NCBI RefSeq assembly: GCF_023055435.1
Contig: NW_025963779.1
Span: 3,348,001 to 3,412,000 of the forward strand
Reading direction: 5' to 3'
From: Haliotis rufescens
Taxonomy: Eukaryota
DNA: 64,000 nt
Part shown: positions 62,513 to 64,000 of the stretch, piece after piece
Numbering within the stretch: the first letter of the stretch is position 1
Layout of the letters: the number at the start of each line of letters is the position of its first letter
Position numbers and translations under genes: made by a program
The notes under the pieces: model-generated
Told to the model about the DNA's origin: nothing
Database searches by the model: none
Seen by the model: the letters and a program-made list of their open reading frames with translations, nothing else

Positions 62513-64000
62513 TGCATATAGCGCGGGTGTACCCCCGATGTCCGGTGATAGCGGTGTGTAGTCCCCCCACCCTCGCATGTAGCATCACGGGCGTAGCCCT
62601 GATGTTCGGTGATAGTGATGCGTTGTCCACCCCCTCCCTTGTGATTCAGCAACCAGGAACCGCTTCTCTGACGTTCCATTGATTCACTACCAGCACATTC
62701 TGACATTTCGGCAGGAAGGTTTTTGTAACGATAGTCGCTTCCTGATTGTGATTTTACCGTGTTTGACACAACCAGAACGATGCCTACCTACAGCCATGCC
62801 GAATGTCAAAACAGTATTGTGCCTATTGTTTTACGTGACTTGGGCTGCGTGGTCCGAACCAAATGGGTGAAATTAGGCAACAATTGTCTATAATGTCGAC
62901 AGAGGTGTTAACACGCTCAGTTCCCACTTCCATTCCACCAATGACATTCTAAACATCTCTCAGTGACGTATCCTTCAAGCACAGCCGGTATCAAATGACG
63001 GGAAAAACTTCAGTGATATGAAAATGATTACACATGATGCTGTGGGAGTCGACGTTCAACGGCCTCAGTATACGTAGTTGATGGCGTGGAGGTATGCAGT
63101 CTGGGTGCCACCGTTAGTCCAACACAAACACATGACGAGGTAGCACCGATCCTTGTACCAGTCCCAGACAATGCTTGTCATAGTTTCATTCTTACTTTCA
63201 GACTGTACTTGTCACTCTATTTCTTACTCAGACGAAAGTCAACTACACCAAGCAATGTACCAGGATTGCACCTCTTGCTTTTTAAGTCATAATTTAAAAC
63301 CTCTAAAAATCAATAAGTGGTACCCCTAAGGTATTTTCATTTATCTTTAATCATGATGTATAACGGTGGCAGGAGGAATTATTAATGAGTCTATATACAT
63401 ATACATTGAATGTAACAAAATCGATATATGAACTGCCGTGCAACAGAAAGTATACATCCATGTTTGATGGTGGCTAAAATAGAAACAAACAAGAATTGGT
63501 GATGTTTTTGATACGGTTTTGACCCTTTGTTTGCTGCCTAGTAACATTTTTATAACGTTTGTCATTTTTTTGGGTCAAATACAAACTTCAAGTATATTCT
63601 TTTCCCGGCATTAATATCAACATCGGCGTTAATATTGTGTTTGTGATGTGAACAGCAATCTCAGATTCCACGCGCACGAATAGTCAGTCAGGTTTTAGCT
63701 GATATCAAAAGAATGCATTTGGGAAGATTTCTGTTTTTGAGCAAGATATTCAAAATCTCCCGAATTCAAGAACCCATCATATTATGGTACTTACAGTTAT
63801 ACTGTACGAGGCATTTCTATTTGAATCGTAACGGTATTAAGTATTTTAAAGAGTCGTCAATTCGACAAAACGGTAGATGACACACAAGGTGCACAGCGTC
63901 AATAGTGGTGTAGTACTGTGGATTATTCCTAGGAAATACCGTTACGGCTTGAGATATTATCAGATTTCTAAGATGTAGCTGCACATTCTCAAAAACAGGC

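Overview
AT-rich, repeat-dense eukaryotic (animal) genomic DNA with GT-AG introns and three assembly gaps. The SINE families and TTAGGG-type repeats point to a mollusc, probably an abalone-like gastropod; this is an inference from recalled repeat motifs, not a database result. Two paralogous, convergently transcribed multi-exon genes for secreted proteins built only of von Willebrand factor A (VWA) domains could be reconstructed by hand. Gene A (+ strand, CDS 22595-26391, 7 coding exons, about 430 aa) has a signal peptide and 2 VWA domains, and both MIDAS metal-binding motifs are degenerate. Gene B (- strand, CDS 60598-38546, 10 coding exons, about 622 aa) has a signal peptide and 3 VWA domains; the first two have an intact MIDAS and the third is degenerate. 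Gene A matches domains 2 and 3 of gene B, and the two genes share exon phases and colinear promoter blocks. The rest of the window holds at least four SINE families with related 3' tails, decayed Tc1 and mariner transposases, MITE-like elements, two Penelope-type inverted-arm remnants carrying minimal hammerhead-ribozyme motifs, a degenerate interstitial (TTAGGG)n tract next to a 2.7-kb 45/46-bp satellite, and seven other minisatellites. No prokaryotic features or CRISPR arrays were found.
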